From Lama glama (lineage: Eukaryota): a stretch of 64,000 nt of DNA. The notes beneath the pieces are model-generated. The model was not told the DNA's origin and did not search any database. It saw nothing but the letters and a program-made list of their open reading frames with translations. Shown in pieces: positions 50,999 to 63,495 of the stretch. Position 1 is the first letter of the stretch. Each line of letters begins with the position of its first letter. The position numbers were made by a program, and so were the translations under genes. The DNA lies in assembly GCA_028534125.1 (NCBI GenBank), contig CM052817.1, positions 37,450,001 through 37,514,000 on the forward strand, given 5' to 3'.

Positions 50999-52111
50999 GT
51001 GGGTAGAGCCCCCATTGGGTAGATTTGACTGAAAATTATTGACCCAACTTACCAGCTCTTTTTTCAGCCTGAATATGCATGTGCTGCCCTTGTGATACAT
51101 TTTCAGTCTGACATTTCTGGGGAAGATAAAGGGCATGAACAAGATCCTTTGCCACAAGTGAAGTTTCACAGGAAAATATAAAAAAAGTAAAAATGAGCTT
51201 ATAATTAATTATAAACAAATATGCTTTACAAAAAATAATGCTATCAGAATTTTCCATGAACATTTAGCTCAAAAGTGACATTTTTTATGTTTTATTAAGA
51301 GCTTTGAAGTCTTCCAAATGTTATTTCACAGTACTGTGACTAAAAATTGTGCTGAGTGGCTATGAAATACTTTTCATCTATGAAATATAATATATACACA
51401 GAAATTTAAAGTGTATATATACGCTTATATGCTTACCTATCTCTACAGCCAAAAATACATCATTTTGGAGTCATTCATTATGTAAGTTCACAGAAGGTAA
51501 ATTTAAAAAATACAGACTGATAGATATGTACACACACACGTATATATTTTAATCTCAGCTGTTGTAAATTCTGTTGTCGTAGAACGGGTTCTGAGTCAGG
51601 CTCAAGGATTACTGATGTACTGATTATATACTGATTGCTGATAGAACAGTCGTCAGTATAAGGGACACTTGGGGTTTAATGCTCCCATGGGATAAATCCT
51701 AGCAGAATAAAACTCCTGGTCTTGGATCCAAGCTTTACTTCCTTCTCATGGTGAGACTGATGGAAGGAACATGCTGGGCTTGTTCCCACCTGTTCCCCAG
51801 CACCAGGAGAGCACTGCCCACAGAGTGCTGACTGCCTGACCATGTGACTGGATGGGTGAGCCGTCAGCGACCTGATCCACGGCTCAGTCCCAAAAGGTCT
51901 GTTCCAGACAGGAATAGCCCTCCTGATGCACTGAATTAGTTGGCTCTGGAGTTTTGTCTTTTCCCTTTATTTTCACCCTTCTTTTTCTTGTGTGTTTATA
52001 CACACAAGATCCAAAGCAAACCAACCCCCAAAGTATTGACAAGTACACAATGTCACCAGATTATAATCTTCACCAAAGTGGTTTTTAATACTGCTGTGTT
52101 TTAACACCTAG

Positions 52112-52332
52112 TGTATAAGATGTACAAGAGGAGACTGAAGAACAAACACAGGAAAAAGCACCCGCACTGTGCAGAAGCCTGCTGTAAGAAGAAACCCAAA
52201 GAGACCAGTGCTTTCTTGGAGGTGATTGAAGAAGCCGCTCTCACTCCTGGGCCGTCGGGGCCCGTGGATCTCACGGGGCTCTCGAGCCAACTGGCCGCAT
52301 CTCACGTGCCAAGTAGGGGCTTGCTGGCTTGA
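52112..52332 (+). CDS. SLC10A6: SLC10A6 exon 6 (cytoplasmic C-terminal tail; frame-shifted near the end)
   Basis: acctag| acceptor. YKRRLKNKH...ETSAFLEV...TPGPSGPVD matches the recalled SOAT tail. Stop TGA 52330-52332 as read; total CDS 1140 nt = 379 aa. Confidence 0.88.
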
Positions 52333-52420
52333 CGGGTCCCTGTCCTCCTCAGCGGGCAGCAAAGACAGTGCAGAGCTGATGAGGGAATCTCGTTGTCAGG
52401 GCTGATGGGAATGTTTGAGT

Positions 52421-53770
52421 GTCAGATGTTAACACATTTATATTTTTGTGTGCATTGTGAACTGTCATAGGATCCCTTTTTGAAAATCTGTTCTGCCTAT
52501 TTCAGGTTGTTCCTTTGCGGGTTTACACAACAGAGCTACCAGCTGCTGTGTGTGTTCTATCTTCCCACACAGTGAAGAGTGACCCCCCACTGTTACGTGA
52601 AGTCATCCTCAAGTTGAGAATTTTAATGTCACAAGAGTTAGGACTCTGTATAGAGGGGATGTCACCTCATACCGCAGGGCAAGGACAGAGTCTGGACCCA
52701 CCTGACTTCTTGACTTTGGGCAAGTCCTTTGTGGCATTGGGGAGGAAGCATACAGCTCTTATTAAAAATGGGGTCTTTTTGCAAATGATTGTTATTTTTT
52801 AGAGCTTGAAAATCTTTTTGGATTATAGATGAAATATATGCCTAGAGGGAATTTAATGGACATTTAAGGTTAGTATTTTTACTCCATAGAGAGAGGCACA
52901 CATATATTTTTTTAACATATATTTATATGTTATGTCATTTTAAAAACATGGAGATCACTCCATATAAACTTATGTAAGTCACTTAATGACATATTATGGA
53001 GCATCTTTATGTGTCAGTCTTTGTTGAACTACCTCATTCTTTAGAACAGTGGCTCCATAGAAATATTCCAGTGCATGGAAGGACTGTAATTTATTTAACT
53101 GTTCCTTATTCACAGACATTTAAATAGCTTTCAACTTACTGGTATCACAGTGCTGCTACAAACACTTGTGCCTTCATGGAGGTATTTCTGTGGGATCACT
53201 TCCTAGGCTTGAATTGCCAGGTTGACTGCACATCACAATGCTGGGCAGAGAGCTCTCTGGCACCATTGTATAAAGTGCCTGGGAGCGCCTGGTTTCCCAT
53301 AGTCGCACCAGTCTTAAGAATGATCATTCTACTTTATGAAAATATCTCGTCTAAAGTTGCATTGTTAAAATTATGAGCGAAGTAGAGTATTTTTCATGAT
53401 CGCTTACCTGTTTGTTCTTTGCCTGCTTTTCTATTTTTTTATTTCCTTTTTGATGGATAAATTTTAACATATTAACATATTATAGATCATGACCCTTTAT
53501 CCTGTTTTGTCAGTATTTTACCTAGTGTTTTGTCTTTTGTTTTTGTGTATCTTTTGCTGTATAGAAGTTTTATATTTTTACATATTCAGCTTTATTAGTC
53601 TTTTAAAAACTGTTTTGCCCTCAGTGTTGGTCAAATGTTAGACTATTTATATTTTTGTATGGATTGTGAATTGTAAAAGGATCCCTTTTTGAGAATGCAT
53701 TTGGCCCCTTTTCAGGGAGTTCTTTTTGGAGCTCTGCATACATGCTTATTAGCTGCTGTGTATACTGTCT
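52421..53770 (+). repeat. Diverged direct repeat pair (52421-~52562 and 53630-~53770)
   Basis: Manual alignment: GTCA(G/A)ATGTTA....ATTTATATTTTTGT(G/A)TG.ATTGTGAA.TGT.A.AGGATCCCTTTTTGA.AAT...TTTCAGG...AGCTGCTGTGT. Confidence 0.85.
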
Positions 53771-54721
53771 GGCAGTAGGTAAGACCCATCCTCTTTCTCT
53801 GTTCTTACAGTATTAAAATCCCATATATTTTTGTTACTTTTATGTATTAAATATGTACATGTTTATTCCATTTTGAATTTCTTTTTCCCTGTGTTAAGAA
53901 TCTAGGTAGGACAGAAAGAGCCCCCTTAGGTGTCACAAGTATATTTATGTGGAAAAGAAGTAAACACATGTGTGCCATGATTGTTAATTCTCAGCTGCTG
54001 CAGTGAACAGAGTCAGGAGAGTTGTATGTTTAGAGATCCTCAGTTCTAAAATGAGCTTTTAAAGAATCCTCAAAATAGGAATTTCTAAATTATTTCTCTA
54101 TATAGGCACCTAACACGAAATGGTAAATTCCAATGCACCATTCTGAAAGCATTAGCTGCATGGTCAGTATTTGCCAGTCAGGACAAGTCTGGAGACAGGT
54201 CTATCAAAAGCTATCCTTTAAGACAGAAACAACACAAATCAATGCAAGGGTTTCAAAGTAGTCACATCAGAAGACTGCCATCTCCAGAGATGGTTTGTTA
54301 ACATGTTACTAGAACCAGAAATGGTCAAGTTGTCCAGGAGGTCATCCATTATCTTTAAAAAGAATAATGTAATTTAAAAAAAGCTCTAATGGAATAAATT
54401 ATAGTCTAGCTGATCTAAATAATCATACATTCATAGTAGCTGGGGCCTACATGCAGCTGAGAAGTGGGGCCAGAGAAATAACGTGAAGCAGAATGAGTCC
54501 AGTTCTGTGTCTGGAAGAGAGCCAGCTGGAGAGCCGAGGCAGCACAGCGCAGTGGAAAGAACACGGGCACTGGCAGGGCTCCGTGTCGTCGTCCACTTAA
54601 AGAGCTAGAATGACTCAGGAGTTGTGGGTTGAAGTCAAGCAGTCCTAGAACTGAATCTCAGCTTTGTTATTTGACAACCTGGAGCACTTGTTTCCTTCCT
54701 TATAAAGGATGATACCCTGCC

Positions 54722-57700
54722 CACCTGTGGGTCAGTGCCAGCCCTGGGCCCCCAGGTACTACCGTCAGCTGCCCGGGGGCCAGGCCCACCTCCCAGTGGG
54801 CTGGCACTGGCTCTGGGATGCCCTAGGCTGTGCAGCCAGCCGCACTGGGCCCCAGCGCTGCCCGCCAGTGGGTCAGCAGCCGCCGCAGTAGGCAGGGCTG
54901 GGCAGGCAAAGGCTGTGGCCAGCCCTGCCTGACAGTGTGCCCAGCGCCATTGGCCCTGCCGCAGAGGAAGGGCCCCTGCAGCCCTCGTAGGGGGAACCCC
55001 TAGAGTATATGGCTCTGGTGACCTGGTGGGAGTGTGCTGCTGGGCCCCACAGTACATCTCCTGCCTAGGCCACTTCTCTTGAGATTGGGAAATGTAACCA
55101 ACCTACCTAATGCATACAAATAAACATGGAGAATTAGGCAGAATGAAGAGAGAGGGACGAGTATGTTCCAAACAAGGAACAAGACAAAGTCCCAGAAGAA
55201 CAAAGTGTAGATAAGCAGTTTACCCAATAGAGTTTAAGGTAATGACCATAAAGATGCTCAATAAACTCAGGAGAACAATGGATGACCCAGTGAGAAGTTT
55301 AACAAAGAGAATATATAAGGAACCAAACAGCTGAAGAATATAATAACAAAAATAAAATATATACTACAAGGAATCAACAGTAGATGAGATGATACAGAGG
55401 AATGGATCAGGGAACTAAAAGACCAGTAGTGGAAATCACTGAAACTGAACAGAAAAAAAATAATAGTTTGAGACTTTCAGGACAACATCAAGTGTACTAA
55501 CATTCACATTATAGGGGTCATAGACGGAAGGGAGAGAGAAAGGGGCAGAGAACATATCTGAAGACATTAATAGCTGAGAACTTCCCTAATCTGGGAAAAG
55601 AGACATCCAGGTCCAGGAATCATAGTTCCAAAGAGGTACACATTAAGATACACTGTAATTAAAATGGCAAAAAATTAGACTCTTAACAAGAGCCAGGGAA
55701 AAGCAACTTTTCCCTGTAACTACAACACACAAAGGAATTCCCAGAAGAATATCGGCTGACTTTTCAGTAGACACTCTGCAAGCCACAAGGGTGTGGCATG
55801 AAATATTCAAAGTGATGAAAAAAACCTACAACAAAGAACACTGTACCCAGAAAGGCTATCATTCAAGTTTGAAGGAGAGAGAGTTTTACAAAGAAGCAAA
55901 AGCTAAGAGTTCAGCATAACTAAACCAGTTGTACAAGAAATGCTAAGGAGATGTCTCTAAGTGGGAAAGAAAAGGCCACACTAGAAATATGAAAATTATG
56001 AAACGAAAAATGTCATTGGTAAAGGCAAATATACAATAAAGATAGTAGATTAACCACTTATAAAGCTAGTGGGAAAGTTGAAAGACAAAAGTAGTAAAAT
56101 CATCTATATCCACAATTAGTTAAGGGATACACAAAATAAAAAGATGTAAATATGATGTCAAGCACGTTAAATGTGGGGAGGGAAGTAAAAACGCATGGTG
56201 GTTACAATGCAAACTTAAGAGATCAACTTAAAATTATATACATATATGTTTGTTCCTATATGTGTGTGTATATATATATATAGTGTATATAGTTATATAT
56301 AAACCTCATGGTAACTACAAACCAATAATCTGTAACAGATAGACACACACAAAAGAGAAGAGTCCAAACATAACAATAAAGCTAATCATCAAGTCATAAG
56401 TGAGCAAAAGAGGAATGTAACAAAAAAAAGAGCTTCAAAAACAATCAGAAAACAACGAAAAAAATGGCGATAAGTACATACCTATTAATAATTACTTTAA
56501 ATGGATTAAATGCTCCAATCAAAAGACACAAAGTGGCTGAATGGATTAAAAAAAAGACATATATGCTGCCTATAAGAGACTCATTTTAGATCTAAAGACA
56601 CACAAACTGAATAGAGGACTGAAAAAGGCATGCCATGCAAATGGAAAACAAAAGCAAGCTGGGGTATCAATATTTATATCAGACAAGATAGACTTTAAAA
56701 CAAAGATTGTAACAAGAGGGAAAGAAAGGCATTACATACTGATAAAGGATCAATTCAACAAGAAGATATAACAATTGTAAAAATACTGCGCCCAACATAG
56801 GAACACCTAAATACTTATAGCAAATATTAACAAGCAAAAGGGAGAAATTGACAGTTACACAATAACAGTAGGGAACTTTTAACACCTCACATCAATGGAT
56901 AGTTCATCCAAGTGGAAAATCAATAAGGAAACACTGGCTTTAAACGATGCATTAGATAAGAGGGACATGCATATACATGCACACATACAGAACATTCCAT
57001 CCAAAGGCAGCAGAATACACATTTTTTTTTTCAAGGGCACACGGAAAATTCTCCGCCATAAATCACGTGCTATGCCACAAAACAAGTCTCAGTAAATTTA
57101 AGATTGAAATCATATCAAGCATGTTTTCTGACCACAATGCTGTGAGACTAGAAATAACTACAAAACAAAAACTGCAAAAACCACAAACATGGCGATTAAA
57201 CAACATGCCACTAAACAACCAATGGATCACTGAAGAAACCAAATAGGAAATAAAATAATACCTGGAGACAAATGAAAACAAAAATACAATAATCCAGAAT
57301 CAATGGGATGCAGCAAAAATAGTTTTAAGAGGGAAGTTTATAATGATACAAGCCTACCTCAGGAAACAGGAAAAATCTCAAATAACCTAATATTACAGTT
57401 AAGTAAATAAAAAAAGAAGACCAAACAAAACCCAAAATTAGTAGAAGGAAGGAAATAATAAAGATTAGAGCAGAAATAGAGATAAAAAAAAGGAAAGAAA
57501 AAAGATCAATGAAACTAAGAACTTGTTCATTGAAAAGATAAACAAAATTGATAAAACTTTAGCCAGATATATAAAGAACAAAAAAGGGCCCAAATAAAAT
57601 CAGAAATGAAAAAGAAGTTACAACCAACACCACAGAAATACAAGGATCATAAGGGATTACTAAGAACAATTATATGCCAATAAAGTGGACAACCTAGAAG

Positions 57701-58397
57701 AAATGGACAAAGTCCTAGAAATGCACAATGTCCCAAGAAGAAACAGTAATGAAACTGAATCAGTATTTTTAAAAATCTCAACAAAAGTCCAGGACCACTT
57801 TACAGGTGAATTCTACTAACCATCTAAAAAAGAGTTAACACCTATCCTTCTCGAAACTGGTCCAAAAAATTAGAGGAAGGCATGCTTCTAAACTCATTCT
57901 ATGAGGCCATCATCACCTTGTACTAAAACCAAAGACACCACATACACCCACACAAGAGAAAATTACTGGCCAATATCACTGATGAACATCAATAACAAAA
58001 ATTCTCAAACAAATTCAACAGTACATTAAATGATTATATACCATGATCAAATGGGATTTAGTCCAGGGAAGCAAGAATGGTTCAAGATCCACAAATCAAT
58101 GTGATCACCATATTAACAAACTGAAGGATAAAAATCATGTGATCATCTCAGTAAATGCAGAAAAAGCTTATGACAAAATCCAACATCTATTTATGATAAA
58201 AACTCTCCAGAAAGTGGGTATAGAGGAACCATATCTCAAAATAATAAAGGCCAAATATGACAAGCCTAGAGCTGACATCATACTCAATGATAAAAAGCTG
58301 AAAGTATTTCCTCTAAGATAAGGAACAAGACAAGGATGCCCACTCTTGCCACTTGTGTTCAACATAGTATTTGAAGTCTTCCCCATAGCAATCAGAC

Positions 58398-58428
<31 letters not shown>

Positions 58429-59351
58429 CAAAACAAAACAAAACAAAACAACCCAGTTTGGAAAGGAAGAAGTAAAACTGTCACTGTTTGCAGATGACAT
58501 GATGCTATATATAGAAAATCCTAACACATCACCAAAAAACTAAACTCATCAATGAATTTGGTAAAGTTGCAGGATATAAAATTAATATATAGAAATCTGT
58601 TGTGTTTCTATATACTAACAACAAATTATCAGAAAGAGAAATTGAGAGAACAATCCCATTTACAATCGCATCGAAAAGAATAAAATACTTAGGAGTAAAT
58701 CTAAGGAGGTAAAAGAACTGTAACTCGGAAAACTGTAAGACACTGATGAAAGAAGTGAAGATGACACAAACAAATGGAAAGATATTGTTAAAATGACCAT
58801 ACTACCCAAGGCAATCCCTATCAAAATACCAATGGCATTTTTCACTGAACTAGAACAAATAATTCTAAAATTTGTATTGAAATTCAGAAGACCCCAAATA
58901 GTCAAAACAATCTTAAAAAAACAAAGGTGGAAGCATCATGGCCCTTGATTTCAAATGATACTACAAATCTACAGTAATAAAAATTGTATGGTACTTGCAC
59001 AAAAACAGATCAATGGAACAGAACAGACAGTGCAGAAATGAACCCACACTTCTATGTGCCATTAATCTATGACAAAGGAGGCGAGAATATACAATGTGGA
59101 AAAGACACTCTTCAATAAGTGGCATTGGGAAAACTGGACAGCTACATGCAAAAGATCAAACTGGACTATTTCTCACACCATACACAAAAATAAACTCAAA
59201 ATGAATTAAAGACAAATATAAGACCTGTAACCATGAAGCTTCTGGAAGAAGACACAGGTGGTATGTTCCTTGACATGAGTCTCAGCAACGTCGTTTTGGA
59301 TCTGCCTCCTCAGGAAGGGAAAACAAAAGCAAAAATAAGCAAATGGGACCA
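54722..59351 (+). mobile_element. Degenerate L1 with GC-rich 5' region, ORF1 remnant and most of ORF2; 3' end absent
   Basis: Endonuclease start ~56464 (TTAAATGGATTAAATGCTCCAATCAAAAGACAC). RT motifs ([25 protein letters not shown] ~58480-58502). Many stops and frameshifts; no poly(A). Confidence 0.9.
58398..58451. repeat. (AAAAC)n microsatellite inside L1 RT region
   Basis: Seen directly. Confidence 0.95.
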
Positions 59352-61635
59352 CAGCTAACATTCCTGAACTGCAGAATCAATCCCAGCAAAGTCTACTTCC
59401 AAACTGGTTTTCTTAAGGGAAGAAATCTCTAATCTGTGTAAGCCTGTTTGGTTAGTTTTTGGTTACTTGCAGTCAAATGCAGTTCCAAGTTGATACATTA
59501 AATTTTAAACTGGCTTTAAAATCTTATGCAGGTTTGTTATATTTATCACCAGCATAACAAGTTACCTTGAATTATATAAAATGGGAACACATTTTCTTAC
59601 TGTCTAGGTATCTGACTAAAGGACAGCTTTGGTGAATTGTTAATCTCTTGAATGTATCACATTGCGTGTAGATAACTAGTCATTTTAAAACCAAGAGCTC
59701 TAGCAGGCTAATGGAACCACAGCTGTGAACACCTTGCCCTTTCTCAGCAGTGACTTTCCTTTTTATCATAATTCAGAAATACTCCTACATATGACATCTA
59801 ACAAAGTTTTGATTTGGAGACAAGGTGATGTTTCCAATCCTGAGGTGCTCAGGACTGTTCTAAGGTACATTCTTCTAGAATATACAACTTTAGCTCAATT
59901 TTATAAATAGACTCCATCACAACTCATGCTTCTCCTTCTATATAGCACAGAGTTGTCTGTCGCTGGGAAACAGCTGCTCAGCCAACTCACTTCCCAGCTT
60001 CCTTGTGCTCAGGGGCACTGTTTGAGTAATTCTTGCTGACAGAATGAATGGCAGTGATGCACTTCACTTCCAAGCCTGCCCGGTTCATAAAGTCCCCCAC
60101 AGGTGGCCTCCATACCCTTTCACCCCTTTCTGGCTGGAGAAATGGAGACAATTTCCGGGATGACCTTGGAAGCTAGGTGTTGATTACAGAACCTCCATCA
60201 GCCTGGGTTCCTAACAGTTGGAGGGAGGAGAGCTGCCCTGTTGAGCTGTTCTCCTGCCCAGAACTGTTAGATACCTAGAAATAAGCTTCTATTATGTTTG
60301 AGCCGTTCTATGTTTGGGTGTGTATTTTACGGTCCTTAGCTAGCTAACCTGTGTTAGGAGCCAAGTCCTGTTTATTCATTTGCTACCTGGCACTGTGGCA
60401 TCACCGTGCTTTCTAACCAGCGTGACCAGAGCAAGTGGCTAACCCCGTTCCGAGGCAGTGGAGCCACCTCCCAAACGAGGGGGGCGACATGTTTACTATA
60501 ATGAAGTTTCCATTCAGGGTTTGTAAACCGAAACCCGCATTTTCTTCCCCCAGTTTCCATTTCCTAGCTACATTCTTTCCAGAAAAAGGGTCTTTCTCCA
60601 GCTTCCTCCCTCCCCTCTCTGTTGACTTCAGATGGTAGCTAATCACCTCCAGCTGTACTGGCTCCTGGAGCCCTGCTGGCCTGGTTTCCTGTGCTTATGA
60701 CAGGAAAACAAAGTCTCATGATTCCAACTCCCTTGGACAGGAGTTTCTAAATATCTTTTTAAAAGCCATAGAAACAGCCCCCCCCCCCGCCTTGAAATCC
60801 TTAGCTATAACCCAGTCTGTAAAAACTCTTCTGATTGAAGTGGGAATGATGGTGGTGGTACTTCTCTTGCCAGATTCAGAGCTACTTCTGAGGTAGGAGT
60901 CACACCTGCTACCTGTGAGGAGTCACACACACCGTTCTGGGGTTTTGTGCATTTCCTGATACCGTCTGTCTTCTGCCCTCAGATAACCTCAGCTCTTCAG
61001 GAGCAGGTCCCAGCAAATCGTCGCACTCGGGTAACATCCGAAATTCCAGTTAACTAGCTCAGAATCGGTCGCTCCTATGAGGACGAGCCAAGCAGTTTCC
61101 TTGGTCTGGGGGTGGCGTCGCTCACGGCGGGGTTCAGTAGCGCTGTCAGAATTAGGAGTCCGGGACCCCTGCTCAGTGCTGAGAATCAGAAACAGGTTCT
61201 TTGAAGCCATCTCTTTCCCTTCAGGCAGATCGAATATAAACCTCCCAGGTGGTGTGATCTTGTTTTCTTTCATTACCCCTTGTCAGCCAAGATAGAAAAC
61301 TCTGAGTTTTATTACAACGAGGACTTGAAAACTCTGATTTATGTATCACTTAGGCTCACAGGAAGGCGGTAGGAAGTGAGACTGAAGTTCTTAACCACTG
61401 TTGTCCAGTACCTGACCCTCACCATCAAATCAGACCTTGGCGAAGGTCTCTCAGGCTTTCTGACAACACTCCCGGTCCCTGGGGCTGGCATGGCTGGGAC
61501 CAATGGGGAAGATGGGGAGTTGGGGTCCAGAAGTTCCTGTCATTTCAGGGGCTGGGATGTCGTTAAAAACAGTACACTGAAAATGTGTAATTTGTCTGCA
61601 CACACTTTTGGCTTGTTCATGTTTTAAGGTGTATT

Positions 61636-61641
61636 TTTATT
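61636..61641 (-). promoter_or_regulatory. Candidate PTPN13 polyadenylation signal (AATAAA)
   Basis: TTTATT on + strand ~590 nt past the PTPN13 stop, at the end of an AT-rich 3' UTR-like stretch. A second AATAAA lies at 61862-61867. Confidence 0.5.
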
Positions 61642-62228
61642 TACAAAGTGAGATGATATTGTATAACAGATGATGCAGTTACAAATGTATCTGATATCTC
61701 CATTTTCATGAAAAAGTATATAAATATATTACAGGAAGTTCTATATAGTAAACATTAGAAACTGATACAGTAAACATTTGCTACCTGTTTTTCTATGCCA
61801 ATATTACTGTCATTTAAAGCTTAAATACTGGTTTCAAGTATCCCCTATAAAATAACTCTAGTTTATTAAAATACTGGAAAATAATTTTGCTATAAACAAG
61901 ATTGGTGCATTAAAAACAGACTTGGTGTGTCCTGGTAACAATGTCAACTATAATCAAATGCTGCCTTAATCATCCCTAAAATTTGCATTATTCAGTTAGT
62001 GTTAGAAAAAACTTTAATAATTATCACAGGTTAAAGTAGCTGTAAAAAAAATACAGCATTTCAACATTATTTATTGTTACTAAGAATGCCCCTCTAAGGT
62101 AGAGGAGAATAAGCCTAATGATGTTGTATGGACTTGCTGCCCTGTGATCTTTGTTTTAAATAGAGAGCAGGAGTCTCTGCTGAAGTTAGGAGGGAAACAG
62201 ACAGATATCAGAGGCTGTTCTGTCCATG

Positions 62229-62324
62229 TCATTTCAGAGGCTGGGGCTGCTCTCTTTGCTCTTCTTCTGCTTGAAGGCGTGTCAGGACGTAAAGGATGAC
62301 TTGATAGCAGAAAATATATTGATC
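62229..62324 (-). CDS. PTPN13: PTPN13 (FAP-1/PTP-BAS) terminal coding exon (DQYIFCYQVILYVLTRLQAEEEQREQPQPLK*)
   Basis: Acceptor ttgctatag| and 32 codons ending TGA. QYIFCY is the end of a classical PTP domain and matches the recalled PTPN13 C-terminus. Confidence 0.93.
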   Translation of the reverse strand, partial: DQYIFCYQVILYVLTRLQAEEEQREQPQPLK

Positions 62325-62394
62325 CTATAGCAAAACAAAACAAAACAAAGTAAAACAAAACAAAAAAACAGGGAGAGGGAAAGAAGACTTTAGA

Positions 62395-62894
62395 NNNNNN
62401 NNNNNNNNNNNNNNNNNNNNNNNNNNNNNNNNNNNNNNNNNNNNNNNNNNNNNNNNNNNNNNNNNNNNNNNNNNNNNNNNNNNNNNNNNNNNNNNNNNNN
62501 NNNNNNNNNNNNNNNNNNNNNNNNNNNNNNNNNNNNNNNNNNNNNNNNNNNNNNNNNNNNNNNNNNNNNNNNNNNNNNNNNNNNNNNNNNNNNNNNNNNN
62601 NNNNNNNNNNNNNNNNNNNNNNNNNNNNNNNNNNNNNNNNNNNNNNNNNNNNNNNNNNNNNNNNNNNNNNNNNNNNNNNNNNNNNNNNNNNNNNNNNNNN
62701 NNNNNNNNNNNNNNNNNNNNNNNNNNNNNNNNNNNNNNNNNNNNNNNNNNNNNNNNNNNNNNNNNNNNNNNNNNNNNNNNNNNNNNNNNNNNNNNNNNNN
62801 NNNNNNNNNNNNNNNNNNNNNNNNNNNNNNNNNNNNNNNNNNNNNNNNNNNNNNNNNNNNNNNNNNNNNNNNNNNNNNNNNNNNNNNNNNNNNN
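62395..62894. other. Assembly gap (500 N)
   Basis: Exactly 500 N. Confidence 1.
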
Positions 62895-63120
62895 GGGGGG
62901 GGGAGGGACAGACTGGGATTTCAAAATGTAGAATAGATAAACAAGATTATACTGTATAGCACAGGGAAATATACACAAGATCTTGTGGTAGCTAACAGTG
63001 AAAAAACAATGTGACAATGAATACATGTATGTTTATGTATAACTAAAAAATTGTGCTGTACACTGGAATTTGACACAATATTGTAAAATGACTATTACTC
63101 AATAAAAAAATGTAAAAAAA
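62895..63120 (+). mobile_element. L1 3' end (young, camelid-type) abutting the gap
   Basis: G-tract, ATAAACAAGATTATACTGTATAGCACAGGGAA, AATAAA and an A-tail. Confidence 0.8.
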
Positions 63121-63495
63121 TGAGGTTGAGATTCAAAAGTAATAATTTCTTATCTTTGAGGTAGTCTCCCTATTTTACTACAAGTAAAATGTGCTCCTTG
63201 ACTTCTTATTCTAAGATGGCAAAATTGTGTCTTTGTGTTTCCATTCAAAGCATTTATATGTTTATTTACATGTTTTGCTCCAAGCCACTGAGAATTTTAG
63301 CCTAGAACTCTGCAAAACCTGGTTGTATATGTGAGTGTTGATAGTCTGACTACATGATTCTTTATGTATAGAAACTAATAATGTAGACCTACGGTGAAAT
63401 AACATATCCAAATATTTTGAAAACTTCTAATTCTGAAACACTTATTTTTTCTATCCATTGTTTTTGATTAAAAAAGTTGCTAACAATACTCTTGC

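Noticed and set aside
34386..52332. SLC10A6 as a pseudogene
   Set aside because: All six exons have GT-AG sites, compatible phases and an open frame. The only lesion affects the distal tail.
56464..59351. Endonuclease/reverse transcriptase as an active or novel RT system
   Set aside because: Ordinary L1 ORF2 with many stops, frameshifts and a microsatellite inside the RT region.
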